DNA of 64,000 nucleotides, from positions 82,939 to 146,938 of the forward strand of contig JASSUL010000005.1 of the NCBI GenBank assembly GCA_031963005.1, read 5' to 3'. The first letter of the stretch is position 1, and each line of letters begins with the position of its first letter. Made by a program: the position numbers and the translations under genes. Below are positions 23,208-33,039 of this stretch, one piece after another. Under the pieces are notes generated by a model. It did not search any database and was not told where the DNA came from. It saw only the letters and a list, made by a program, of their open reading frames with translations. Source of the stretch: Mycoavidus cysteinexigens (GTDB lineage: Bacteria; Pseudomonadota; Gammaproteobacteria; Burkholderiales; Burkholderiaceae).

Positions 23208-24134
23208 TCAGTCAATTTCGAATTCATTCGAAGGAGCTCTACTTTTTAGTTCTTTGTAGCCATAGATTTTAACTTTTAGTCTTTCGTAGCCACTATAGAT
23301 GCTACTTTTTAATCTTTTGTAGCTAGTATAGACGCTATTTTCTAATCTTTTGTAGCCAATATAGACGCTATTTTCTAGTTTTTTGTAGCTAGTATAGATG
23401 CTACTTTCTAGTTTTTTGTAGCCAGTACCCTGCTTTGAACTCTTAGATTGAGTGCTCTGTACATATGTGGCGCTCTGGGTAATTTGGTGTGCAGGCGGCT
23501 CCGATACGTATGATTGACTATCGTTTTGCTGTCCTCTTCCTGCATTACTACTCTGTTGGGTATAGAGATCGTGCTGATGGGTATTGTGTACTAGATTATT
23601 AATCGTATGTTGTTGAAGATGAGACCCGTGTTGAGTGGTATCACTTAGTTGCAGCACTGATTCAGTATTTGCAGCTGGCTTATAGTTCTTCGAATAGGGG
23701 CCCGTTGGTGGCCATATAGGTGGTGGCAGTACGTATGCATCGTTTTGCTGCCTTCCTCCCGCATTACTACTGTGTGGGGTATAGAGATTGTGTTGATAGG
23801 TATTGTGTACACGATTATTCATCGTGTGTTGTTGAAGATGAGGCTCATATTGAGTGGTATAACTTTGTTGCGACGCTAATCCAGTATTGTTTTGAAAAGA
23901 TGTAGCTGGCTGATCGTAGTTTATTGGTATTTCTGTTTGAACAACCTCTTGAAATGTAGGGATTGGGCTATCACTGCCTTTATTTCTACGCCCTATCAAA
24001 GAAGATAGACTGCCAGCATGTGTTTCAAAAGAAGAGGCTATTCTATTTTTAAACTTATTAAAGGTCGTTTTTGGCTCGTTAGATGGATTAGATAGAAATG
24101 GTCTTGTATTTTTTGTTTTTTCTATGTAGGACAT
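23208..24134 (-). CDS. Orphan Q/N/H/T/Y-rich repeat protein, 308 aa; candidate effector
   Basis: GGAG about 9 nt before the ATG; internal duplication of about 55 aa; six C-terminal 11-residue YxxL repeats; I recognise no family. Confidence 0.7.
   Translation of the reverse strand: MSYIEKTKNTRPFLSNPSNEPKTTFNKFKNRIASSFETHAGSLSSLIGRRNKGSDSPIPTFQEVVQTEIPINYDQPATSFQNNTGLASQQSYTTQYEPHLQQHTMNNRVHNTYQHNLYTPHSSNAGGRQQNDAYVLPPPIWPPTGPYSKNYKPAANTESVLQLSDTTQHGSHLQQHTINNLVHNTHQHDLYTQQSSNAGRGQQNDSQSYVSEPPAHQITQSATYVQSTQSKSSKQGTGYKKLESSIYTSYKKLENSVYIGYKRLENSVYTSYKRLKSSIYSGYERLKVKIYGYKELKSRAPSNEFEID
23244..23423 (-). repeat. Tandem 33-bp coding repeat (about 5.5 units) encoding the 11-residue units GYKKLESSIYT / SYKKLENSVYI / GYKRLENSVYT / SYKRLKSSIYS / GYERLKVKIY / GYKELK
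   Basis: Read directly from the translation and the DNA periodicity. Confidence 0.85.
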
Positions 24135-24371
24135 ATTGCACTCCAGTACATAAATTAATATATCTAAAAATAATATAATTCATATACAGTTATACCTCCT
24201 TGCAGGAGAAGGTAGGCACGAAATGCGAAAATATGTACAATAAAGCGTAGATCTATCTGTGATAGTTATTTTGTATTTTTAATTAAATTCGTTTTTCTTT
24301 GCAATTTTCCAGATAACTTATAAGTTATTTTCTAGACAGCATAAAACCAAGTAGAAATATATAAAAAATAT

Positions 24372-24803
24372 ATGACTATTTGCTCCAAAATAAGTTCTAT
24401 TTTTAATAAAAATAGTAGCAACACTACCCAACCCTCTAGAGCTCCAGCCAGCTTTACAAGGAGGGATTCTCTACCTTCCCTTATGGAAAATTGCATAAAC
24501 GATCCAAGCGGACACAATTTTTTCACACTAGGTTAGAAATATAGCGAGAGTTATCGAGAATTTAAAAAAAACATTCCAGGAAGTGATGATGAAAATGATT
24601 CAGAAATTGCAAAAGAAAAAGAATTGCATATAGAAACTATGAGATTTGCCATATCCACATCTATTATTCCTGTTAGAGAAGTAATACCTTCTGCACAGGC
24701 GGGAAACTCTAGTAGAAATACTCCACAATCTCAAAATGCGCAACCGGTTCAATCCGAACCATTTATCCCACATTTCCCAAGAAAATGCACTCACAGACTA
24801 TAA
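24372..24803 (+). pseudogene. 143-codon AT-rich reading frame interrupted by one in-frame TAG (24534-24536); divergent from the 308-aa gene
   Basis: MTICSKISSIFNKNSSNTTQPSRAPASF..FFTLG*KYSESYREFKK..PRKCTHRL in a single frame; each half is under 60 codons, so it is missing from the ORF track. Confidence 0.4.
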
Positions 24804-24885
24804 TTGTCTACCTAGCTCAACGCTCATGAATGAGTTCGAATCAGCCATATCTGAGCTTCCTTCATTTAAGCAGCCTATACCCCGC

Positions 24886-25137
24886 TAATAACTTCACTGA
24901 TGTTACGCAGGTATTCAAAAAGACCGTGGTCGTCATGTTGGGGTTCCTTCGTCACCCCAACCTACGAAAATGGGTAAGTGAAAGAGATTCATCCAACTCT
25001 ACCAACCACCAGAAAAAGCAAAGGACAGTAGGTTGGGGTGACGAAGGAACCCCAACATGCATACCACCGACTTCTAATCTCTGCGTTCTACTGATTAATA
25101 ACTCGCCATCCTACAGCGTGCGTAACATCAGTAACTT
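24886..25137. repeat. Family A MITE-like element, full-length subfamily A1 (copy iii)
   Basis: Termini TAATAACTTCACTGATGTTACGCAGG / TGCGTAACATCAGTAACTT; both core arms are perfect. Confidence 0.9.
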
Positions 25138-25152
25138 AAATCGCGTTTTTTG

Positions 25153-26943
25153 CTACTCTCCCAAATTCAAGATAGCTAAAAATGCTTCTTGGGGAATTTC
25201 TACTCCTCCGACTTGTTTCATGCGCTTCTTCCCTGCTTTTTGTTTTTCTAATAGTTTTTTCTTGCGGGAGATGTCGCCTCCATAGCATTTTGCTAAAACG
25301 TTTTTTCGCAATGCTTTAATATTCTCGCGGGAGATAATCGTTGAGCCAATGGCGGCTTGAATCGCGACGTCGAACATCTGCCGTGGAATGACTTCTCGCA
25401 TTTTTGCCGCGATCTCACGGCCTCGCGACTGGCTTTGTGAGCGATGGACGATGAGCGATAAGGCATCGACCTTGGTGCCATTAATCATCATATCGATTTT
25501 TACTACATCGGCAGACGCATATTCTTTAAATTCATAATCCATAGACGCATAGCCTCTAGAGATCGATTTAAGTCGGTCAAAAAAGTCGAGTACGATTTCC
25601 GCCATGGGAATGTCATAGGTCAGCTGTAACTGCCTACTGTGATATTGCATATTGATCTGCACACCCCGTTTTTGTGTACACAAGCTCATTATTTGGCCGG
25701 CATATTCTTGCGGCAGATAGACATTCAGTCGAACTAAAGGTTCGCGAATGCTCTCGATTTTTGAAGGGTCGGGCAATTTGGAAGGGTTTTCAATTTTTAT
25801 TACTTCGCCATCGCGCTGCACCACTTCATAAATCACGGTCGGGGCAGTCGTGATTAATTGCATTCCAAATTCGCGCTCAAGACGCTCTTGGACAATGTCC
25901 ATATGCAGCAAGCCTAAAAAGCCGCATCGAAAGCCGAATCCTAGCGCCTGGGATGATTCCGGCTCATATTGCAGGGAGGCATCGTTGAGTTGCAATTTTT
26001 CAAGCGACTCACGGAGCGCTTCGTATTGATTGGATTCAATAGGGTAAAGGCCCGCAAACACCTGCGGCTTCACTTCTTTAAAACCTGGAAGGGGCGTACT
26101 GGTTGGATTGCGCGCTTGCGTGATGGTATCTCCAACACGAGCCGCTTTAAGCTCTTTAATACCGGCGATAATAAAACCGACTTCTCCCGCGCTGAGTACA
26201 GCGCAATCCAACGCTTTAGGCGTGAATTTTCCAAGGCGTTCGACCAAAAACTGTGCGCCATTGGCCATAAAGCGAATGGTCTCTTTCGGTTTCAGCGTGC
26301 CTTGCACAACCCGCGTGAGTACGACCACGCCTACATAGGGATCAAACCAAGAATCTAAAACCATCGCCGCTAATGGCGCTTGCGCATCGCCTACTGGAGG
26401 AGGAACTTGTGCGATCAATGCCTCTAGCACATCAGCAACACCCTCGCCGGTTTTCGCACTACATCGCACTGCCTCTGTAGCATCAATACCGATCACATCG
26501 CCAATTTCTGCTATCGCATTTTCAGGATTCGCGGAAGGCAAATCGATTTTATTAAGAATAGGTACGACCTCTACCCCTAACTCTAAGGCGGTATAGCAAT
26601 TTGCAACGGTCTGCGCCTCCACCCCTTGACTCGCATCCACGACTAATAATGCGCCTTCACAAGCGGATAAAGAGCGGCTGACTTCATAAGAAAAATCGAC
26701 ATGTCCGGGGGTGTCGATTAAATTTAAATTATAGGTTTCTCCATCTCGCGCTTTATATTGGAGTGCCGCCGTTTGCGCTTTGATGGTAATACCCCGTTCA
26801 CGCTCCAGAGCCATTGAATCGAGCACTTGCGATTCCATTTCACGATCAGAAAGCCCTCCGCACATTTGGATAATGCGATCTGCCAGCGTTGATTTACCAT
26901 GATCAATATGGGCAATGATCGAAAAATTACGAATGTGTTTCAT
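25153..26943 (-). CDS. lepA: Elongation factor 4 (LepA)
   Basis: [23 protein letters not shown].. GTPase; an alternative ATG lies 12 nt upstream at 26955. Confidence 0.96.
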   Translation of the reverse strand: MKHIRNFSIIAHIDHGKSTLADRIIQMCGGLSDREMESQVLDSMALERERGITIKAQTAALQYKARDGETYNLNLIDTPGHVDFSYEVSRSLSACEGALLVVDASQGVEAQTVANCYTALELGVEVVPILNKIDLPSANPENAIAEIGDVIGIDATEAVRCSAKTGEGVADVLEALIAQVPPPVGDAQAPLAAMVLDSWFDPYVGVVVLTRVVQGTLKPKETIRFMANGAQFLVERLGKFTPKALDCAVLSAGEVGFIIAGIKELKAARVGDTITQARNPTSTPLPGFKEVKPQVFAGLYPIESNQYEALRESLEKLQLNDASLQYEPESSQALGFGFRCGFLGLLHMDIVQERLEREFGMQLITTAPTVIYEVVQRDGEVIKIENPSKLPDPSKIESIREPLVRLNVYLPQEYAGQIMSLCTQKRGVQINMQYHSRQLQLTYDIPMAEIVLDFFDRLKSISRGYASMDYEFKEYASADVVKIDMMINGTKVDALSLIVHRSQSQSRGREIAAKMREVIPRQMFDVAIQAAIGSTIISRENIKALRKNVLAKCYGGDISRKKKLLEKQKAGKKRMKQVGGVEIPQEAFLAILNLGE

Positions 26944-27016
26944 GCAAGCGCTCATAGCTCATAAAAATCAGTGTGTGGCTTTTATCCAATCCGCCAATCA
27001 GGGTATTACATGGGTA

Positions 27017-27643
27017 CTACTCACTTGCATCATGGGATGCACCTAATACTGGCCGAAGCTTTTGCGCAATGACTTCTCTTGCGCGAGAAATACGCGAACG
27101 CACGGTCCCTACTGGACACTGCATAATCTGGGCAATTTCTCGGTAACTGAGCCCCTCTATTTCACATAGCATAATGGCCATGCGTCGCTCTTCCGATAAA
27201 AAAGCCAGTGCATCGCTCAATGTCTGCTCAATTTGCTTATTCATCAATGCAGACTCTGGCGTGTTGAAATCCTGGAGTGCACGTTCGGATTCTTCTAACT
27301 GTGCAGGATCGGCATCTTCTCTACTGAGATGCCCAAGCCCAGTGCGATCCGAGGTCATTAAATGATTTTTGGCCGTATTGATCGCAATCCGATATAACCA
27401 AGTGTAAAAACTAGACTCTAATCTAAAATTCGGGAGTGCTCGGTATGCTTTGATAAAGGCGTCCTGCGCAACATCATCCGCCTCATCGCCATGAGGGACA
27501 AAGCGCGTGACCAAGCGCATGATTTTACGACGATATTTCGCTACCAAGGACTCAAAAGCGGCTATATCTCCCTGCTGAACCCGTTTGACGATACTGTGAT
27601 CGATATCTTTCTCATTCACTCCTTGCTCCCTTAAGCCTCTCAT
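27017..27643 (-). CDS. rpoE: ECF sigma factor RpoE (sigma-24 / AlgU type)
   Basis: Region 2 DVAQDAFIKAYRAL..FYTWLYRIAINTAKN and region 4 LSYREIAQIMQCPVGTVRSRISRAR. Confidence 0.9.
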   Translation of the reverse strand: MRGLREQGVNEKDIDHSIVKRVQQGDIAAFESLVAKYRRKIMRLVTRFVPHGDEADDVAQDAFIKAYRALPNFRLESSFYTWLYRIAINTAKNHLMTSDRTGLGHLSREDADPAQLEESERALQDFNTPESALMNKQIEQTLSDALAFLSEERRMAIMLCEIEGLSYREIAQIMQCPVGTVRSRISRAREVIAQKLRPVLGASHDASE

Positions 27644-27766
27644 AGAGATCCATAGTGAGCGGATTGCTATGAAAGGAATAAGGGTCAGAAGTCGAAAACC
27701 TAAAGAGAAGATACTGAAAATACAGGACCGTCCTACGCGCTTAGTGCGCCCTGAGGCTTTGGGGTT

Positions 27767-27790
27767 TTAGAACCGATATAAGGTTCTTAG
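27767..27790. repeat. Family D-like short hairpin whose right arm contains the fabF stop codon
   Basis: TTAGAACC-GATATAA-GGTTCTTAG. Confidence 0.5.
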
Positions 27791-29022
27791 ATGCGCTTAA
27801 AGACCAATGTCCCATTAGTCCCACCAAATCCAAACGAATTGGACATCGCTATCTCAACCGGCATTTCACGCGCGGTATTCGCACAGTAATCCAAATCGCA
27901 TTCGGGATCAGGGTTGGTTAGATTAATCGTGGGTGGGACGATTTGTTTTTGCACCGCCAATGCCGTATATACCGCTTCGATGCCCCCTGCTGCTCCCAAT
28001 AAATGGCCGGTCATCGATTTAGTCGAGCTTACAACGGGGACCCTGCCCGATTGAAATGCATGTTTTACCGCCATTGTTTCCGCGATGTCCCCTAAAGGAG
28101 TCGAAGTACCATGGGCATTGATATAGTCCACTTGATCCAGATTCACGCCGGCATCTTTCAAGGCACTGACCATACAACGGCGCGCACCTTCCCCATCTTT
28201 ACTGGGAGCGGTCATATGGTAAGCGTCGCCAGTACGTCCATATCCTATTAATTCACAATAGATTTTGGCACCGCGCGCTTTGGCATGTTCATATTCTTCT
28301 AAAACTAGCACTCCTGCGCCTTCACCTAGCACGAATCCATCGCGATCACGGTCAAAAGGCCGGCTAGCCGCAGCGGGATCATCATTACGCACCGATAAAG
28401 CGCGTAATGCGGCAAATCCGCCAATCCCGAGCGGAGAAATCGTAGCTTCAGCCCCTCCGGCTAGCATCACATCAGCATCACCGTATCCAATGATGCGCAT
28501 CGCTTCACCAATCGAATGCGTGCCGGTTGTACAGGCTGTCACAATCGCGAGATTCGGGCCTTTGATACCAAAACGGATCGACAAATGCCCCGCAATCATA
28601 TTTGTAATAGAAGCTGGCACGAAAAAAGGCGTAATCCGCTTGGGCCCACGTTGCAGCAATTCGGTTTGCGTGTTTTCAATCGAGGGCAGCCCTCCTATAC
28701 CGGAACCTATGATGATTCCAATACGTTCCGCATTGTCTTCGGTGACCTCTAATCCGCTATCGGTTAAAGCCTGAACGCCTGCGGCAAAACCATAGTGGAT
28801 AAAAGTATCCATATGCCGCGCCTCTTTGGCGGGCAAATACTCACTAATCTGGAAATCCTTCACCTCACCAGCAAACTGGCAAGAAAAAAGGCTAGCATCA
28901 AATTTGGTAATAGGGGCAATACCGGAACGTCCGGCGATCAGATTCGCCCATCCTTGCTCTACAGTATTACCTACGGGTGAAATATGTCCTAAACCCGTTA
29001 CTACTACACGGCGACGATTCAC
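27787..29022 (-). CDS. fabF: 3-oxoacyl-ACP synthase II
   Basis: 411 aa; RRVVVTGLG, active-site context [14 protein letters not shown], and GHLLGAAG. Confidence 0.96.
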   Translation of the reverse strand: MNRRRVVVTGLGHISPVGNTVEQGWANLIAGRSGIAPITKFDASLFSCQFAGEVKDFQISEYLPAKEARHMDTFIHYGFAAGVQALTDSGLEVTEDNAERIGIIIGSGIGGLPSIENTQTELLQRGPKRITPFFVPASITNMIAGHLSIRFGIKGPNLAIVTACTTGTHSIGEAMRIIGYGDADVMLAGGAEATISPLGIGGFAALRALSVRNDDPAAASRPFDRDRDGFVLGEGAGVLVLEEYEHAKARGAKIYCELIGYGRTGDAYHMTAPSKDGEGARRCMVSALKDAGVNLDQVDYINAHGTSTPLGDIAETMAVKHAFQSGRVPVVSSTKSMTGHLLGAAGGIEAVYTALAVQKQIVPPTINLTNPDPECDLDYCANTAREMPVEIAMSNSFGFGGTNGTLVFKRI

Positions 29023-29091
29023 GGCATCCCCTCTTTATCCGGTTGATTCAGTTTCATCCAATCTAACTTTGCAACGCTACGCTTGCTGCAT

Positions 29092-29202
29092 TAGACTTCT
29101 TTCGCAACCCCGTGGCGGCGTCATTCTTCCCGTTTTTTTACATTAAGTACAGTGTACTGGCAGCAAAGGAATTCCTTGCTACGGGGTTGCGAAAGAGGTC
29201 TA
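29092..29202. repeat. Family B palindromic element (copy B2), between acpP and fabF
   Basis: TAGACTTCTTTCGCAACCCCGTGGCGG..GGAATTCCTTGCTACGGGGTTGCGAAAGAGGTCTA. Confidence 0.9.
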
Positions 29203-29388
29203 TTGATCTGCAGAACCTGTTCAAAGTTTTCCAATTGGACCTCTATCCCAAGACTATAAAAAGGGTCCACCCTCGGAAAAGCAGGCGCGTAGGATTGCCG
29301 TGTACTTTAACACGATAAGTCCTAAGACACTGCAATCCGCAAAGATGAACCCTGAAGATAGTCCATTTGGGGAAATGGTTAACGGCTT

Positions 29389-29637
29389 TTAGTTCCCACC
29401 TGCTTTTTCGTGCGAGCGGGCATAATCAATCGCCTTTTGCACGGTAGTGATCCCTTCGGCATCTTTATCTTCGATTTCAATACCGAATTCGTCTTCTAGC
29501 GCCATGACTAACTCTACGGTATCGAGAGAGTCTGCACCCAAGTCGTCTACAAACGATGCTTCGTTTTTAATTTCTGCCTCAGCTACACCGAGCTGCTCAG
29601 CAATAATCGCTTTTACACGCTTTTCAAAATCACTCAT
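29389..29637 (-). CDS. acpP: Acyl carrier protein
   Basis: 82 aa; [20 protein letters not shown] phosphopantetheine attachment motif. Confidence 0.97.
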   Translation of the reverse strand: MSDFEKRVKAIIAEQLGVAEAEIKNEASFVDDLGADSLDTVELVMALEDEFGIEIEDKDAEGITTVQKAIDYARSHEKAGGN

Positions 29638-29743
29638 TCCTTGCCTCCAACGGTCAATTCAAAAAATAAAGGCGCGCATTCTAGCAGAGGTTGGCTGATG
29701 GAAAATCACTTCGTAAAGTCATTTTTTCAAAATGCCGCATGCT

Positions 29744-29902
29744 AGGGCGTGTCTACAATGGTTCAAAAGGGCCCATATCTGGGGAAGCAGGAGCGCAGGG
29801 ACCGGAACTGTACTTCTAGTACAGTGAGGATCCCGAGCACCGCACCCCATGTTTATCCAATCCGCAAAGAGAGGTTCTTTTGGGCCATTGTAGACATGCC
29901 CT
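29744..29902. repeat. Family C palindromic element (copy C1), between fabG and acpP
   Basis: AGGGCGTGTCTACAATGGTTCAAAAGGGCCC..GGTTCTTTTGGGCCATTGTAGACATGCCCT with a central ACTGTAC..GTACAGT hairpin; homologous to 50128-50270. Confidence 0.85.
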
Positions 29903-29998
29903 ACGCGCCATAATAAGCAATAGTTCAATATCTACGCATCTTCTGCGTACATCTTTCTATTTGCAAAATAGTGCAACAAAATTCGGTACTGCTGCTCT

Positions 29999-30748
29999 TT
30001 ATCCTAACCACATCCCACCATTCACATGCAAAGTCGTGCCTGTGATGTAAGCAGCTTGAGGGGATGCTAAGAACGCCACAGCGTGTGCAATATCCGCAGG
30101 GCTCCCTAAACGGCCCATGGGGATTTGGTCGAGCAAGGCGCTGCGTTGTCCTTCTGAGAGTGCTTGCGTCATATCGGTATCGATAAAACCAGGCGCTACA
30201 CAATTCACGGTAATACCACGGCTACCGACTTCGAGCGCCAATGCGCGAGTCATGCCCGCGACCCCGGCTTTTGCAGCGGCATAATTCACTTGACCAGGAT
30301 TACCACTGCTTCCCACAATAGAGGTGATATTAATAATCCGACCTGAGCGAGCGCGCATCATCGGGCGTAGCACTGCACGAGAAAGCTGAAACACGGCGCT
30401 CAAATTCGTCTGAATCACCGCACTCCAATCTTCATCTTTCATGCGCATCATCAACTGATCGCGCGTAATACCGGCATTATTGACCAAAATAGCCAATCCG
30501 CCATGTTCCTTGATCAAGTTTTGTACACAGGCATCAATGGCCGCAGGATCATCGACATTCAGCTCTACACCTTGTCCCGATAAACCTTCTTCTGCAAGTG
30601 CCTTATGAATGGCATCTACGCCTGCTTCACTAGTAGCTGTTCCCACCACCGTCGCACCCGCACGGGCTAATGTCAAAGCAATTTCCTTGCCTATCCCGCG
30701 CGAAGCTCCGGTTACTAATGCAAGCTGTTGATCTAAACGATTATCCAT
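29999..30748 (-). CDS. fabG: 3-oxoacyl-ACP reductase
   Basis: MDNRLDQQLALVTGASRGIGKEIA; SDR fold; ATG 30748 preferred over the TTG at 30766. Confidence 0.95.
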   Translation of the reverse strand: MDNRLDQQLALVTGASRGIGKEIALTLARAGATVVGTATSEAGVDAIHKALAEEGLSGQGVELNVDDPAAIDACVQNLIKEHGGLAILVNNAGITRDQLMMRMKDEDWSAVIQTNLSAVFQLSRAVLRPMMRARSGRIINITSIVGSSGNPGQVNYAAAKAGVAGMTRALALEVGSRGITVNCVAPGFIDTDMTQALSEGQRSALLDQIPMGRLGSPADIAHAVAFLASPQAAYITGTTLHVNGGMWLG

Positions 30749-30819
30749 CGTGCAACGCCTTCGCAAAAATAGAAAAAAGAGAGTGTACTTCCTAAGAGCC
30801 TGTTCTTAACTGTACCGGC

Positions 30820-31761
30820 TTATGAATATAACTTCAGTGCAGCTTCTAGCGCATTCGCATCGGTTAGCGCACACGCTTGTAAAGTAGGATCAATACGCTT
30901 GATCAACCCAGTCAACACACTACCAGGCCCCGATTCAATAACGGCCTCTATACCTGCTGCAGCCATGGCTTGAACACTTTCGATCCAACGCACCGCTCCG
31001 GCTGCTTGGCGACTCAATGCGTTTTTAATTGCATCGGGAGAGGATTCAATCGCCACGTCAATATTATTCACTAACGGAATGGTAGGAGCGTGCACCGTCA
31101 CATCCGTTAAATATGTTGCGAGCTTTTGTGCAGCCTCTTGCAAAAGAGAAGAATGAAAAGGCGCGGACAATGGCAGTAATAAAGCGCGCTTTGCCCCTTG
31201 AAGCTTAGCTTGTTCGCAAGCGCGCTCTACAGCCGCTTTATGGCCAGCAATCACGGTCTGAGCCGGAGAATTAAAGTTCACCGCCTCAACGATCCCTATA
31301 CCTTGTGCATCGGTTACGGTCGCACATAAAGCTTGTACTGCAGAGGTATCTAAGCCCAAAATGGCAGCAACGCCTCCTACGCCTACAGGAACAGCCTCTT
31401 GCATCACCTGCGCGCGAAAGCGCACCAGAGGCAATGCATCCTGAAATGCGATGGATTTTGCTGCGACCAGCGCCGTGTACTCTCCTAGACTATGGCCTGC
31501 GACTAAGTCGGGTTTTCGCCCGCCCTGCTCACACCACAGTCGATACATCGCATAGGCAGCCGTTAGCATAATAGGCTGCGTATTGGTGGTCAGATTCAGC
31601 GCTTCGTCGGGCCCTTCAGCCATCATTTTTCGGAGATCCTGGCTCAGTATCTCCGAGGCTTCTTGCACTACTTCACGGACAACGGGCCAGTCTGCAAATG
31701 CATTTAACATCCCCACGGACTGCGAACCTTGGCCTGGAAAAACAAAAGCGAACTTCTTCAC
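30820..31761 (-). CDS. fabD: Malonyl CoA-ACP transacylase
   Basis: FVFPGQGSQSVGM and GHSLGEY motifs. Confidence 0.96.
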   Translation of the reverse strand: MKKFAFVFPGQGSQSVGMLNAFADWPVVREVVQEASEILSQDLRKMMAEGPDEALNLTTNTQPIMLTAAYAMYRLWCEQGGRKPDLVAGHSLGEYTALVAAKSIAFQDALPLVRFRAQVMQEAVPVGVGGVAAILGLDTSAVQALCATVTDAQGIGIVEAVNFNSPAQTVIAGHKAAVERACEQAKLQGAKRALLLPLSAPFHSSLLQEAAQKLATYLTDVTVHAPTIPLVNNIDVAIESSPDAIKNALSRQAAGAVRWIESVQAMAAAGIEAVIESGPGSVLTGLIKRIDPTLQACALTDANALEAALKLYS

Positions 31762-31920
31762 GCGCGAATATCCTATCTAATAGAAATACTATTTTTGATC
31801 TTCAAAGTTTTTGGCAATTTTTATCGTCAAGAGCCAGTATATAGCGTCTCTGTTGCCTTCCTGGCCCTTTGGGGTATGGGTATTATTCCTGCACAATCGC
31901 TGCAGCGTATTTATGCCTAT

Positions 31921-32931
31921 TTACATACGCACAACAGCAGCCCCCCAAGTCATACCTCCACCCACACCTTCGAGCAGAACATAATGCCCTGGTTGAATAC
32001 GTCCATCACGGACTGCCGTATCTAGCGCCAATGGAATCGAGGCTGCTGAGGTATTTCCATGCTGATCGACGGTACATACCATTTGCTGTGGGGATAAACC
32101 CAGTTTGCGGCAAGTACTTTGCATAATTCGTATATTGGCTTGATGGGGAATCAACCAATCGAGCTGCGAAGCGTCTAAACCAGCGCGTTTCAGCGCTTCT
32201 ACAGCCACTTTTTCCAGCACATTAACGGCGACTTTAAAGACAGATTGCCCCTCCATCCGAATAAAGGGATGGCCAACAATGGCACCTGCATTCAATGCGG
32301 CAGGGACACACAAAATATCTCCCTGCGAGCCATCTGCATGCAAGGCGGTTGCCATAATGCCCGGTTCTTCGGACGCTTCAAGAATCACAGCGCCTGCTCC
32401 ATCCCCAAAAAGCACACAGGTAGTACGGTCATTAAAATCCAGCAAACGCGAAAATGTCTCTGCGCCTACGACCAAAGCGCGGCGATGCGCACCGCTACAG
32501 ATCAGCCCATCTGCGACCGCCAACGCGTAGGAAAAACCGGCGCAGACCGCTTGTACATCAAATGCGGCGCAATGATTGCGAATACCCAATTTATTTTGTA
32601 GCCGACAAGCCGTGCTGGGAAAAACACAATCCGGTGTGGCTGTGGCGACAATAATCAAATCAATAGATTGAGGATCTATTTGTGCACGCTCTAATGCACG
32701 TTCTGCGGCGGTGTGCGCCAAATCACTCGTTTGTACGCCTTCTTCAGCAAAATGCCGTGCAGCAATACCTGTACGCGCTACTATCCACTCATCGCTCGTC
32801 TCAATGCCTTTGCGCGCAAGTTGCTCTACCAACATGGCATTGGTAACGCGCCGAGGAGGCAAAACACTGCCTGTAGACACGATACGTGCATACGGTGAGA
32901 AAGTTTTAGGGGGGAAAGGCATACTGGACAT
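31921..32931 (-). CDS. fabH: 3-oxoacyl-ACP synthase III
   Basis: [11 protein letters not shown].., active-site Cys in AACAGF, HQAN; ATG 32931 with an AAGGA SD gives about 337 aa, typical of FabH. Confidence 0.93.
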   Translation of the reverse strand: MSSMPFPPKTFSPYARIVSTGSVLPPRRVTNAMLVEQLARKGIETSDEWIVARTGIAARHFAEEGVQTSDLAHTAAERALERAQIDPQSIDLIIVATATPDCVFPSTACRLQNKLGIRNHCAAFDVQAVCAGFSYALAVADGLICSGAHRRALVVGAETFSRLLDFNDRTTCVLFGDGAGAVILEASEEPGIMATALHADGSQGDILCVPAALNAGAIVGHPFIRMEGQSVFKVAVNVLEKVAVEALKRAGLDASQLDWLIPHQANIRIMQSTCRKLGLSPQQMVCTVDQHGNTSAASIPLALDTAVRDGRIQPGHYVLLEGVGGGMTWGAAVVRM

Positions 32932-33039
32932 ACTGCCATCCTTGTAAATAATGAAAACGCGCTGTATGACGCCGCGGTATGAGGCATAAGGGACTTCAAA
33001 TTCGTGCAATAGCACAATTCGATCCCGAGGTTTCTAGCG

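Noticed and set aside
22674-24830. A classical tRNA-integrated genomic island at tRNA-Val.
   Set aside because: The AT-rich islet lies on the 5' side of the tRNA rather than at its 3' end. I found no integrase gene and no direct repeat of the tRNA 3' end.
29719-30203. ORFs 29719-29928 and 29925-30203 (minus strand) between acpP and fabG.
   Set aside because: The first is a translation of repeat C1. The second overlaps the 3' end of fabG out of frame.
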